In this document: positions 18,907 to 29,302 of the stretch, piece by piece | How positions within the stretch are numbered: position 1 is the first letter of the stretch | Layout: each line of letters opens with the position of its first letter | Virus record (IMG/VR): IMGVR_UViG_3300028654_000014 | Location: 18,222 to 82,221 of that record | Direction: 5' to 3' (one strand) | Origin: a virus | DNA length: 64,000 nucleotides | Program-made: the position numbers and the translations under genes | Notes under the pieces: generated by a model | Told to the model about the DNA's origin: nothing | The model's input: the letters and a program-made list of their open reading frames with translations, nothing else | Database searches by the model: none

Positions 18907-19814
18907 ATAAACTTAAAGACCTTCTAGTTAAATTAAAGAGTAACTTATCTATTCCTTTAAAAGTTGGAATAGTAGGATTCGCTCTTTTGAGCGGATTTGT
19001 AATAATTAAACATTTAAAACACGAAACAAATCTCGGAGATTCAAGTGTAATGATTGTAAATCATGAAGTAACTCATGGTGGTACAGGAATTATTCTACGA
19101 TCAACAAGCGGTGAATCTAGTATTCTTACAAATGATCACGTTTGTCGAGCAATTAATACAGGTGGAATAGTAATTTCTCCAACTGGAACATATCAAATTA
19201 CAAAGATGCTTGAATCAGAATTAAGTGATTTATGTTTAATATCAGTAGCAGCAGATTTGGGAGTTAATACAAAAATTGCTCAAAAAGCTCCAGAATTTTA
19301 TGAAGAAGCACAAGTTTCTGGACATCCAGCTTTGATGCCCAATGTTATTTCTACAGGTCATTTCTCAGGAAGATCAATTATTCAAGTTATGACAGGAGTT
19401 AGAAAGTGTACTGATGAAGAATTATCTGGTCAACTTGGAATTATTTGTGCATTTTTTGGTGGAATTCCAGTAGTTAAGAACTTTGAATCTATTCTTGTAA
19501 CAGCAACAATTATGCCAGGAAGTAGTGGATCTGGAGTTTATAATAAAGATAAAGAACTAAGTGGTGTAGTATTTGCAGGGAAAAGCGATTTTGGTTATGC
19601 ATGGACAGTTCCTTACGAACAAGTTGTAAACTTTCTATTTAAAGAACATAAACATCTTAAAACTAAAGTTGTTTCTCAAGAAATTAATATTCTTAAAGAA
19701 GTCGGTCAAGAAAATAAAACAAAAGAAGTATTACAAAAATGTGCTCAAGAAACGAATGAAGAGATTTTAAACTTTTGTGAGATACTTAAACAAGATATGA
19801 CATGGGTAAAATAA
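18903..19814 (+). CDS. membrane-anchored trypsin-like serine protease
   Basis: N-terminal TM helix; catalytic triad motifs TNDHVC, SDLC, PGSSGSG. Confidence 0.85.
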   Translation: MNKLKDLLVKLKSNLSIPLKVGIVGFALLSGFVIIKHLKHETNLGDSSVMIVNHEVTHGGTGIILRSTSGESSILTNDHVCRAINTGGIVISPTGTYQITKMLESELSDLCLISVAADLGVNTKIAQKAPEFYEEAQVSGHPALMPNVISTGHFSGRSIIQVMTGVRKCTDEELSGQLGIICAFFGGIPVVKNFESILVTATIMPGSSGSGVYNKDKELSGVVFAGKSDFGYAWTVPYEQVVNFLFKEHKHLKTKVVSQEINILKEVGQENKTKEVLQKCAQETNEEILNFCEILKQDMTWVK

Positions 19815-20080
19815 TGTTAGATTTATGGAATAAGATTAAAACATGGGCTTTAGGAATTGTTTCTGTAATAGGAGCAATTTTAGCTGCTCTTTTTTGGTAC
19901 GAAAAAACAAAGAATGCAGATTTAAAAGCTAAAGATGATAATATTGAAACAAAGAGTAAAGTAGCTCAAATTAATCAACAAATTGATGATTTAGAAAAAG
20001 AAACAAAGGATAAAGAAAATGAACCACAAACTAAAGAAAGCTTGCTTGATTTCGTTAATAATGTTAACAAGCCTAAATAG
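19814..20080 (+). CDS. TM plus coiled-coil protein (i-spanin-like)
   Basis: N-terminal TM helix then coiled coil; overlaps the next gene. Confidence 0.5.
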   Translation: MLDLWNKIKTWALGIVSVIGAILAALFWYEKTKNADLKAKDDNIETKSKVAQINQQIDDLEKETKDKENEPQTKESLLDFVNNVNKPK

Positions 20081-20381
20081 TTTTGCTCAACAAGAATCTG
20101 TATATTTAGATAAAGGAACTCCAGCTCCATTCTTTGGATACCTTTTACCAGAAGATACTGTAATTACATTAAGAAATAACACTCTCGAAAGAGATATGTA
20201 TAAAACTGAATCTACTTTAAAAGATCAGCAAATACAACTTCTATCTACTCAAAATGATAATCTTTCCAAGACATTAGAAAGTACATCAAGTTTAAATGCT
20301 TGGGAAAAGATTGGATTTTTTGTAGGTGGAGTTTTAATTACAGGGTTAGCGATTTCAGGTGCCCATGCAATCTACCATTAA
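20019..20381 (+). CDS. signal peptide, coiled coil and C-terminal TM protein (spanin-like)
   Basis: Signal peptide SFA|Q; PAPFFGYLL; C-terminal hydrophobic helix. Confidence 0.5.
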   Translation: MNHKLKKACLISLIMLTSLNSFAQQESVYLDKGTPAPFFGYLLPEDTVITLRNNTLERDMYKTESTLKDQQIQLLSTQNDNLSKTLESTSSLNAWEKIGFFVGGVLITGLAISGAHAIYH

Positions 20382-20825
20382 ATTAGTAATTGGTACTAAT
20401 CCTTTTGTTAGAAGTTATTGTTTTATAATAGAAGATGAATATAGTTTTAGAAATTTATTACCTTCTCGATTAGTTTTGGAATATGAATAACAAATTATAC
20501 TACGATAATCAAAAAAATGATCCAGATAAATTTGTAATATTCTTTCAAGAATCGAATTTAAAATATTATAATACTAGAGTTGACGATTGGGTTTATTCTG
20601 GAATTCATGTAATAAAAGATATAAATAAATTAGTTAGAATAATGGAATATGAACAAACTATATTATAATACAAATCCTGATTTTGGATGGTTTATTAAAT
20701 TTAACAATACAGATGGTTTACATTTTAATAAATTAGAAATCTTTCAAGAAGTTGAAAATGGACAAAAATCTACAGATATACTGATAATGGAATATGAAGA
20801 AGATAATAACAGAACTAACGGATGA
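20365..20825 (+). CDS. three coupled micro-ORFs (20365-20490, 20483-20668, 20649-20825)
   Basis: Motifs VLEYE*, IMEYE-QTIL*, IMEYE-EDNNRTNG*. Confidence 0.68.
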
Positions 20826-21489
20826 AGAACTCCTAGAGATAATAAAGAATAAGCCCGAAGGTGAAGAATTATATTTTAAAAATGATGTAACAGATTTTAT
20901 CTCTTTTTATAATATAAAATCAGGCAGATTTAAAGTACCTCCAAAACTATTATATAAGTTATATGTAAGATGGTCAGAAATTCCAGTTCAACATCAAACA
21001 TTTACTACAACTTTAACTGATCTTTTTCCTCATATTAAAAAGGGACAATATTATACCCTTTTATTAAATAGAGATACTTTTAATTTAAAAAGCACATTAG
21101 ATTTATTAGGTAAAAAGAACAATAAGATTAAGCAGAAAAGATTCAAACAACACTTTGATAAATTCTTAGAAAAGTATGAGATTAAAAGGGGAAAGAAATA
21201 CATTAAAAATGAGATTTTATACAATTTATATGATAAATGGACTTATAAAAACAATAACAAGAATCCCCTCGGAGTTGCACAATTTAATAACTTTTGTAAA
21301 CTCTACTTTAATCACAAGGTAGTGAATCAAGAATTTTGTTTTGCAATAAATGAATCTCTATACAAACATTTAACAGAGGAGATAGTAACATTAATAAAGG
21401 AAAAACATGCCAAGCAAAAAGAAAAATCGAAGATCAAACGCGAAATATCCCGCTTTAGAGAAAAATTTAAATCTCAAAACAAGAACTGA
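20794..21489 (+). CDS. basic, probably DNA-binding protein with two winged-helix-like repeats
   Basis: Repeated LYxLYxxW units; lysine-rich. Confidence 0.5.
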   Translation: MKKIITELTDEELLEIIKNKPEGEELYFKNDVTDFISFYNIKSGRFKVPPKLLYKLYVRWSEIPVQHQTFTTTLTDLFPHIKKGQYYTLLLNRDTFNLKSTLDLLGKKNNKIKQKRFKQHFDKFLEKYEIKRGKKYIKNEILYNLYDKWTYKNNNKNPLGVAQFNNFCKLYFNHKVVNQEFCFAINESLYKHLTEEIVTLIKEKHAKQKEKSKIKREISRFREKFKSQNKN

Positions 21490-22048
21490 ACAAATAGATT
21501 TTGATTATATTGATCAGTTACCAGAAAAATGGACTGATCCTAAAACAGGTAAAACTTGTAATCCCAAACAATACTTGAATGATTTCGTAAATGAATCAAT
21601 TCATGCTGATTTCAAATCAAATAAAAGACTTCATAAGAAGAAAAAGATTGAAGATCCTAAAAATGAAGATCTCCGCAAACTATTAGATCTCATTTATATT
21701 AAAGTTAAAGAACTAGTAGGATTAATAGATAATTCAAAAACCAACAATAAATTAAAGATTAAGCTTAAAAAATCTATTAGTAAACTTAAAGTTCAAATTA
21801 GAAAACAAATTAAAGGTGATTTTTCATTTATTGAAGATTACTTCCAAAAAGAAGCATATGATAAGAATAACTCAAGGAATAGATGTATTTTAACTCGCGC
21901 AAAGGCCCAAGGAAAGGCTATAAGTATAGATGATATGCCAGTAGGAGCTTATGTTACAAAGAATGTAGAGGATGAGGTAATAGATCTTATAGATGGTTTA
22001 AAACTTGCCCAGAACCTTAAGGATGAGAGTGACCAATCCGCTGATTGA
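21407..22048 (+). CDS. hypothetical basic protein
   Basis: 213-aa ORF with RBS; last gene of the + arm. Confidence 0.6.
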   Translation: MPSKKKNRRSNAKYPALEKNLNLKTRTEQIDFDYIDQLPEKWTDPKTGKTCNPKQYLNDFVNESIHADFKSNKRLHKKKKIEDPKNEDLRKLLDLIYIKVKELVGLIDNSKTNNKLKIKLKKSISKLKVQIRKQIKGDFSFIEDYFQKEAYDKNNSRNRCILTRAKAQGKAISIDDMPVGAYVTKNVEDEVIDLIDGLKLAQNLKDESDQSAD

Positions 22049-22252
22049 AGCTAAAAACGCGACAAATACTAAAACACCTTTAGTTTTATCCATATAAGAT
22101 TCAATAGGTTCTAATCTTCCTTCGATGATTTCTGTACGTCTAATATGTTCAGAGAGAGAAACTTCTTGTTTAGCTAATGTAACATCTACAGAATCAAGAC
22201 GAGTATCTAAAACATCAATTTTACCTTCGATTCTTTTTAATATATCGTCCAT
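21998..22252 (-). CDS. coiled coil plus C-terminal TM protein (holin/XhlA-like)
   Basis: Coiled coil followed by a hydrophobic tail. Confidence 0.55.
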   Translation of the reverse strand: MDDILKRIEGKIDVLDTRLDSVDVTLAKQEVSLSEHIRRTEIIEGRLEPIESYMDKTKGVLVFVAFLASISGLVTLILKVLGKF

Positions 22253-22253
22253 A

Positions 22254-24017
22254 TTATTCCTTATCTGGTGTGATTAGTTTGCGTGTTAAAGGGTTTTGCA
22301 TTATGAGAAAGATGGCTCTATTCTTTTCACCTTCATCATCATTATCAATCGCTTTATTCAAATGATCAGCATAAAATTGTAAACCTGGTTGTTGTTTAAT
22401 TTTAGCTGCCACTTCTTTTAAAGAATCATCTGTAGCATTATAAAGATTCTTAGCTATCTTTGAAGATGGATTATCACCACTTCCAAATTTACTTTGAATT
22501 TTTGCTTGTCCAAAAGGATTCGTAATAACAGAAGCAGGTGTAGCTGGAAGAGTTTTTTGAACTAATTGACCAGCTGGAGTATCAACAGCTTTTGAAGCAA
22601 TATTTAAACCTTTAGCTGCTAACATTCTAGCTTCGCGGCCAATTGGATTTCCAGTCAATAATGTCGAAGGTAGATTTAAAGTACTAGCAACAGCACTACC
22701 AGTACCTTTATCCATTAATTTCTTAGCAGCAGTATTATAAGTATAAAGATTACTTAATGTTTGATTTGTACTTTTAATAGCTTCAGAAGCTTGAGGATCA
22801 ACAGTTTCAGCCAAATCTTCAATATGTTGTCTTACAATACCACTTAATCTTTTTACAAATTCAGCTTCGGGTTTTAAATCTGAAGCAGGTTGATCAAAAG
22901 CAGCTGAGGCTAAATCCGTTGCTTTACTTTGTAAACCTTGTTTATAAGATATTAATTGTTGTAAATCACCATCAGAAGCAGATAATTTTTCAATATAAGG
23001 AATATATTTCTTTTCAATTTTATCCATTATAGCATTTTGATCAGGATCAGTTCCTAAACCTTCTCTAAAATCATATAAGAATTTAGCAGTTTTATCTCCA
23101 ATATGACCAGCTTCTTCTAAATTATCTGGCATATTTTGTTCTAATTTCGATTGAACATCGGGTATAATTTTATTTAATTTTTGATAGTTATTATCAATAG
23201 CTTCTAATGATTTATCATAGATTGCATTTGCCCCGCCGGTTAAAGACATTGCACCCTCATCCATAGCAGTTTTACCAATACCTTTTATAATATCAGATCC
23301 TTGAGCAACTTTACCAGTTTCTTGATTATAAACTCTAGCAAGCTCTTTAGAAGGTTTAATTCCAACAGCTTTTGAAGCCATTTTAGAACTAGCAACTTCT
23401 AACGCTTCAGGAGATAAAGCTTCGACACCTTTAGCAATTCCAGCTCCTAAAGCACCCCCAGCAGCTCCTAATCCAGCTCCTAACGCAGTATCTTTAGCCA
23501 TACCACCCAAGTCCTCAGAATCAGAGGTTCCAAGCCCTGTAGCAGCTCCTAAAGCAGCTCCACCGCCAATTGTACCTAATTTAGCAGCAATAGCTTCTGG
23601 AGCTAAGGCAATAGATCCAACACCACCAGCAACATTACCAAGACCATAAGTCCAAGGGTTTTGTTCTTGAGCTGCTGAATTCTTAGATCTTTGAATATCT
23701 CTGTATTGTTTATAAAGATCTTCCATTGAAGCTTTTTCTTCACCTTTTTCAGGTAAAGCTTTATGTTTTAAAGCTTGTAAAGCACCCATCATTTCATCAG
23801 AATAACCTAAAGTAGCACCTTGAGCGGCACCCCTTAAACCTGATTCTAATTGACTAACGGGTTCTTGTTGAGATTCTAAAGCAGATTGTTTTACAGGATC
23901 ATTATCATGAGCTTGTTGGAAAATAGCCTTTAGATCTTGATCATCATTTTTTGATTGATCAATAGGATCATTTCCAGCAGCGGCATTAAAAATGTCTTTA
24001 ATATCTTGATCAGCCAT
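22254..24017 (-). CDS. internal virion (ejection) protein
   Basis: GAAQGATLGYSDE and Gly/Ala-rich membrane-like segment; position at the end of the tail module. Confidence 0.65.
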   Translation of the reverse strand: MADQDIKDIFNAAAGNDPIDQSKNDDQDLKAIFQQAHDNDPVKQSALESQQEPVSQLESGLRGAAQGATLGYSDEMMGALQALKHKALPEKGEEKASMEDLYKQYRDIQRSKNSAAQEQNPWTYGLGNVAGGVGSIALAPEAIAAKLGTIGGGAALGAATGLGTSDSEDLGGMAKDTALGAGLGAAGGALGAGIAKGVEALSPEALEVASSKMASKAVGIKPSKELARVYNQETGKVAQGSDIIKGIGKTAMDEGAMSLTGGANAIYDKSLEAIDNNYQKLNKIIPDVQSKLEQNMPDNLEEAGHIGDKTAKFLYDFREGLGTDPDQNAIMDKIEKKYIPYIEKLSASDGDLQQLISYKQGLQSKATDLASAAFDQPASDLKPEAEFVKRLSGIVRQHIEDLAETVDPQASEAIKSTNQTLSNLYTYNTAAKKLMDKGTGSAVASTLNLPSTLLTGNPIGREARMLAAKGLNIASKAVDTPAGQLVQKTLPATPASVITNPFGQAKIQSKFGSGDNPSSKIAKNLYNATDDSLKEVAAKIKQQPGLQFYADHLNKAIDNDDEGEKNRAIFLIMQNPLTRKLITPDKE

Positions 24018-24018
24018 T

Positions 24019-25929
24019 TTAGTAATTAGTATCCTTTAAAGCTTTTTGTTGAATGAGAGATTTTATAGCATCTTGTCTTGATAATCCTTTTGCTTGCATA
24101 ACTGCATTTATTCCACGTTCTTGAGCAGGAGTATATAATCCTAACATATCAGAATGTCTATAAATAGCATTTTTATATTGTTCAGGAGTTAATTTATCTT
24201 GACCAGCTTTAACAACATTACCCATATTATCTTTAATAACTTGATTACTTACATCAGCAAGTCCATTTAAATATTTTTGATTTAATTTAATAAATTCACC
24301 TTGTTGAGCACCAACAGGAACATTTGCAATTTTTTGCATATATCCGGCCATACCAGAAGCAGCTGTAGGATTACTTAAATCTTTTATCATTCCTTCAGTA
24401 GGAGCGTTATTACTAGCAACTTTTGCCATTTCTATATTATACAATTTAACTTGTTGAGGAGTCCATTTATCAGGATCTGGAAATTCTTGAAACATTTTTA
24501 AAGCATTTTTAATAGCTAATGAATTTCTATAAGCTTGTTGAATTGCAGGTTTACTTCTAGCATTTGTTATATCATTTTCCATTTTAACTTCAGCATCTCT
24601 AGATTCTTTGGCCATTTTAAATTCTTGACCAGCTTTAGCTGCTTGAATTCTAGCAGCATTTTGAGATTTAGTTCTTTCCATAGAAGCTGTACGATTTTTC
24701 TCACCTTCAGATTGTTTTACATTTTGTTGAAGGATAACTTTTTGCATAGCAGTTTGTAATGCTGAATCTTTTTGTAAGAAAGGAGCAATTTTAAATAAAT
24801 CAGAAGCTGAAGCATTATCAGGTACTTTCATTCCTTTTTTATTTAAATAATCCCTTATAACTTGTGACATAGGACTAGAAGCATCATTTTGTTGATTAGC
24901 AACAATTTCATTATATTTTTGAACTGGTAAACCAGATTCAGTTCTTTGTTGTTGTAAAAGAGCTAATTCTTGAGCAGGAGAAGCTTTTGCCATTCCAGCA
25001 CCCATTAAAGCAAATCCTTGTTGAGCATTATTTAAAGCTAAATTTTGATCTCTTTGTCTTTGAGCTTCAGCAAGATCAGAAGATTGAGGTTTTAAAGCAC
25101 CCAATAATTTACTAAAAGAAGATTGATCTGGTTCTTCTAATAATTTCTTATCTTCATCTGATACTTCGGATTCATCTTTTGAAGGTTCAGAAGCTAATTT
25201 TCTATCAGATTCTTCTGAAGGTTTTTCATCAGATTTTTCTTTAGCTACAAAATCTTCATTAGCCATTTCATTTTTTAATTCTTTATCTTCAGGAGATTCT
25301 CCAGAAACATCTAATTCAGAAGCAGGTTTTGCAATTGGTTTAGTAGGAGAAGCTTCAATATCTTGTTCTTCACCTTTTATATCTTCAGGTTGATTCATTT
25401 TTTGAGCTTCAGGATATTCAGCATTAGCAATTAAAGCCAAACCTTCTGGACTATTAGGATCAATAGAACCAGTAACAGGATCAGATGAAACTTGTCCACC
25501 ATCATCGTAACCTTTTATTTGACCACCTTCAGAATCATTATCAGGAAATAATTTATTCCATAATTGTTTTACAGTCATTTGAGAATCTTGGGGATGGGCA
25601 GCAGCTTTTTTTAAAGCATCAGTAACATCAGGTCTAGCAGCTGGAACGGAGGGAGAAGGAGAAGGAGATGGTTCAACATCACCACCACTAAAATAACCAA
25701 CATTTACAACAGGTTCTTTATAATTCTTTTGAGCATCATTATATTTTTGTATTCTTTCTTGTTCGGTTGGAAGGCTCATTAATTCTCGGTAATTCTTTTC
25801 AACAGGTGTTTCTTCAGGAGATTCATCAACTTGTCCACCATCATCATAATGTTCAATATGAATATGAGGAGGATTATTTATCTTTTGATATTGTTTATAA
25901 ACTTTTTTCATTTTTTTAATGTCTGACAT
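24019..25929 (-). CDS. internal virion (ejection) protein
   Basis: Repeated YDDGGQV-type motifs, acidic linker, helical C-terminus. Confidence 0.6.
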   Translation of the reverse strand: MSDIKKMKKVYKQYQKINNPPHIHIEHYDDGGQVDESPEETPVEKNYRELMSLPTEQERIQKYNDAQKNYKEPVVNVGYFSGGDVEPSPSPSPSVPAARPDVTDALKKAAAHPQDSQMTVKQLWNKLFPDNDSEGGQIKGYDDGGQVSSDPVTGSIDPNSPEGLALIANAEYPEAQKMNQPEDIKGEEQDIEASPTKPIAKPASELDVSGESPEDKELKNEMANEDFVAKEKSDEKPSEESDRKLASEPSKDESEVSDEDKKLLEEPDQSSFSKLLGALKPQSSDLAEAQRQRDQNLALNNAQQGFALMGAGMAKASPAQELALLQQQRTESGLPVQKYNEIVANQQNDASSPMSQVIRDYLNKKGMKVPDNASASDLFKIAPFLQKDSALQTAMQKVILQQNVKQSEGEKNRTASMERTKSQNAARIQAAKAGQEFKMAKESRDAEVKMENDITNARSKPAIQQAYRNSLAIKNALKMFQEFPDPDKWTPQQVKLYNIEMAKVASNNAPTEGMIKDLSNPTAASGMAGYMQKIANVPVGAQQGEFIKLNQKYLNGLADVSNQVIKDNMGNVVKAGQDKLTPEQYKNAIYRHSDMLGLYTPAQERGINAVMQAKGLSRQDAIKSLIQQKALKDTNY

Positions 25930-25937
25930 ATCTTACC

Positions 25938-27233
25938 TTAATCTTTTTCGTTAAGTCTATTCTTTACAGAGTTATGAGCATGAATTAATTTTAACAATTC
26001 TTTACCAAGTTTAGATTCAGCTAATGAACGAGGAACTACAATTTCCATTGGAGATAACATTGCATGAACAGTATCATTTTTAGGACTATCACCAGGAACA
26101 TTAGCTTGTCCTGGAACTTCTCCACCTTGTTTGAAATTTACAGGACCACCTTGATTCATTCCAGCAGCAGCGTTCATTCCACCACCTTGCCACTTTTGTT
26201 GTAAATTAGAAATTTTACCACCTTCATAAGCCATAACTTGAGGATTAGCATTTTTAGTACCTGATGTATTATAAGCACTCTCTAATCCACCAAGACCTTG
26301 ACCAGCTCCAGCCCACATATTATAAGCACCTTGAGCTGCTTGATTTCCTAAATTACCTAAAGCACCAGCACTATTTAAAGCTGCACCAGATTGAGCACCA
26401 GCTCTTGATAAATTTAAACCATATTGTTGAGCTGTTCTTGCTTGTTGAGCTGCCAATTCTTGATTTTGAGCACTAATATTCATATTACCAACATTTTGAA
26501 GATTGGCAAGATTTCCAGCTTGAGCCTGATTTTGTGCTCCAACATTTCTTTGTTGTTGAGCAATTTGATTTTGAGTATTAAATCTTTGCATTTGATCAGC
26601 AGCTTGAGCTTTTTGAGCAGCTTGAGAAAATTGTTGTTGATTAATTTGACCACCTATTTGACCAGATTGAGCTGTTGCTTGTAAAGCTTGTTGTGCAGCT
26701 TGTTGAGCAACTTGATTAGCATTACTAAATTCTTGATTAGCTCCTGATTGAGCATTTTGTAATTGAGCAGCTAAAGTTCTACCAGTTGATCCAGCTCCAC
26801 CCATTTGCATTTGAGCATTTTGCAAAATCTGAGCATTTTTAGATTGAATATCACCTTGAGCGGATTGTTGAGCTTGAGCCAAAGCAGCACGATCAGCAGC
26901 AGTTAATCCTTGAGTTGATCTTTGTTGCATTTGTTGTAAAGCTTGTCTTTGAGCATCTAAAGATTGTTGATCAGTACCAACTCCAGCCATAGCTGAAGGA
27001 CCAGCAGACATATAAGCTTCTAATTGAGGAGTTAAAATTCCAGCTTGACGATACTTTTCTAATATAAGAGGTTTAGAAATATCAGGAGCATTTCCAACTT
27101 CTTGCATTATTTGATAAGCGATATTATCTAAATTTGAAGCTTGACCTCTATCGCCACTACCAGCAGCTTGTCCTGCGAAACCACCAGCAATACTACCTAT
27201 TGCACCTAATGCCGAGCTAAATGGATCAGCCAT
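25938..27233 (-). CDS. pilot/ejection protein
   Basis: ALGAIGSIAGG N-terminus, Q/A-rich coils, GDSPKNDTVHAMLSPMEIVVP motif. Confidence 0.65.
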   Translation of the reverse strand: MADPFSSALGAIGSIAGGFAGQAAGSGDRGQASNLDNIAYQIMQEVGNAPDISKPLILEKYRQAGILTPQLEAYMSAGPSAMAGVGTDQQSLDAQRQALQQMQQRSTQGLTAADRAALAQAQQSAQGDIQSKNAQILQNAQMQMGGAGSTGRTLAAQLQNAQSGANQEFSNANQVAQQAAQQALQATAQSGQIGGQINQQQFSQAAQKAQAADQMQRFNTQNQIAQQQRNVGAQNQAQAGNLANLQNVGNMNISAQNQELAAQQARTAQQYGLNLSRAGAQSGAALNSAGALGNLGNQAAQGAYNMWAGAGQGLGGLESAYNTSGTKNANPQVMAYEGGKISNLQQKWQGGGMNAAAGMNQGGPVNFKQGGEVPGQANVPGDSPKNDTVHAMLSPMEIVVPRSLAESKLGKELLKLIHAHNSVKNRLNEKD

Positions 27234-27251
27234 TTTATGATACCTCTTTCA

Positions 27252-28838
27252 TTATGAACTTCCTACAGTATTTGCTATTGAAGGATAAGCTGATTGTTGA
27301 GCAGCTTGTTCTGGAGTTATATTTAAATTTTGTAAACCACCAACAGCAGCATTTGCTGATGCTAATGCATTATTATATGCAGCTTGATCAGTTGCTAAAT
27401 TTGCATTTGCCCAAGCTATTTCGTTATCAGAATTTGCACTACCTAATGCACCTGGAGCAAATTGTCTAATTGCTGCTTCTTTGGCACCTTGAGTATATAA
27501 TGCAGGATCTGTACTATACCAAATATCATGAATTTTTTGAGCTTGTTGATAAGAAGCTAATGGTGAAGCAATTTGACTTTGATAATTACCTAATGAATTT
27601 TGTAATGCATTATTAAATCCTGTTGTATCAGCATTAATAGTTGGAGCGGCAGCAAATTGACCAACTTGTCCTTGATTATATTGTCCTAGTATATTTTGAG
27701 CTGATGTTGGAGCATTTTGTCCACCTAATTGTTGTAAAGCTGCTAATTGAGCATATTGTTGTTGATTAATATCATTTTGAGCTGTTGCTTGTAATGGATT
27801 TTGAGTTAAATAAGATCCAATACCTTGTAATACATTACCAGTAACTTGTTCACCAGGAGTAACTCCTAAAAGATTAGCTTCTTGTTGAGAAATATTACCT
27901 GATTGAAAATCCTTTATAGCTTGCTGATATTGTGCATTTGATGCGTTTTGAGCTTGAGTTGCTTGATTTTGAAATTGATTATTTAAACCAGTAACAGTTT
28001 GACCAAATTGATTTTGAACTCCTTGACCAAATTGTTGAGCTTGAGAAGCTGCTTGTTGTCCTTGAGCTTGAGCACCAGTAATAGCATTTTGTATCTGAGG
28101 AGATAATCCAGCAGTAGCAGTTCGAGCTTGACCTAAAGCTTGTTGATTATTTTGTTGTCCTAAAAGTAAAGAATCCAAACCTTGTTGACCTTGAGTGTAT
28201 TGAGGATTTCCTACAAATCTTTGTAACAAACCAGTTCTTCCACCTTGAGAACCAATAGCTTGATTTAATTGATTAACATCAGCAGCTTGAGATTGTAATT
28301 GTTGAGTATTATTTAATCCTTGAGGTCCTTGATATTGACCACTCATTAATTGTTGAAATTGACTAGCTTGAGGTCCAGAAAGAGATTGAGATCCTGGTTG
28401 ACCTGAAACATACTGAGTAGGATTTTGTAATACATTTTGAACTAATTGTTGATTAGCTCCAGTGTTAAATTGATTTTGAGAAGTACCTTGTTGAAATTGT
28501 TGTTGCTGATTTTGTAAATTTTGAGAAGCTTGTTGACCAACTCCTTGAATTCCATTTCCAACTGCTTGACCTAATTGATTACCTTGATTAGCTTGTAAAA
28601 CCTTTTGAATATTTGTATAACCAGAACCTTTTTGTTGATTAGGATTTGTAGCAGGTGCAGCAGCACTTCCACCAGCAACAGCTGTAGAACCACCAGAACT
28701 ACCCGATCCTTGACCCCCCGTAGGAGATTGACCATTACCAGAAGTAGGAGAAAATATACCAACTTGTTGCTGTTGTTGATTACCAGCTTGTTGAGTATTA
28801 TCTTGACCTAAGTCATTTTGTTGAATAGTATTAGCCAT
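27252..28838 (-). CDS. Gln-rich virion/ejection protein
   Basis: Extremely Q/N/G-rich; lies in the virion module. Confidence 0.55.
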   Translation of the reverse strand: MANTIQQNDLGQDNTQQAGNQQQQQVGIFSPTSGNGQSPTGGQGSGSSGGSTAVAGGSAAAPATNPNQQKGSGYTNIQKVLQANQGNQLGQAVGNGIQGVGQQASQNLQNQQQQFQQGTSQNQFNTGANQQLVQNVLQNPTQYVSGQPGSQSLSGPQASQFQQLMSGQYQGPQGLNNTQQLQSQAADVNQLNQAIGSQGGRTGLLQRFVGNPQYTQGQQGLDSLLLGQQNNQQALGQARTATAGLSPQIQNAITGAQAQGQQAASQAQQFGQGVQNQFGQTVTGLNNQFQNQATQAQNASNAQYQQAIKDFQSGNISQQEANLLGVTPGEQVTGNVLQGIGSYLTQNPLQATAQNDINQQQYAQLAALQQLGGQNAPTSAQNILGQYNQGQVGQFAAAPTINADTTGFNNALQNSLGNYQSQIASPLASYQQAQKIHDIWYSTDPALYTQGAKEAAIRQFAPGALGSANSDNEIAWANANLATDQAAYNNALASANAAVGGLQNLNITPEQAAQQSAYPSIANTVGSS

Positions 28839-28885
28839 TTAAAATCCTGTTATCATGCATAACTATAGTTGTTAACTTCATAAAC

Positions 28886-29299
28886 TTACTGTTGCCAAGC
28901 AACTACTCTTATTATGTATGATTCATTAGCTTGTAACCCTGTGATATTATTGATGTTATAGACATTTGATGATTGAGCACCACTTACAAACACCCCAGAA
29001 GTAGGAAAATGAGTTGTATTAGTTTGATTCAAAGCCGATATAACGGTTACACCATCAACCTTTGCTGTTGAATTTAAAGCAAAAGAAGATGTTTGTAATG
29101 GATTGCCCGAAGCGTCAACCGATACAGTAACATCCTTTACAGTACAACTAATATTGTCTCTTAAAGATAAATCACCATTTAAAGCTTCATAAATTACTTC
29201 AATACCATTATTTAATGATACAGAAAGAGTATCAACCAATTGTCTAAATTGACTTTGATAATCTGATGAAATTAATCTTCTAAATGATGGAAGTTTCAT
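28886..29299 (-). CDS. virion-module protein
   Basis: Position after the tail nozzle gene. Confidence 0.55.
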   Translation of the reverse strand: MKLPSFRRLISSDYQSQFRQLVDTLSVSLNNGIEVIYEALNGDLSLRDNISCTVKDVTVSVDASGNPLQTSSFALNSTAKVDGVTVISALNQTNTTHFPTSGVFVSGAQSSNVYNINNITGLQANESYIIRVVAWQQ

Positions 29300-29302
29300 T
29301 TT

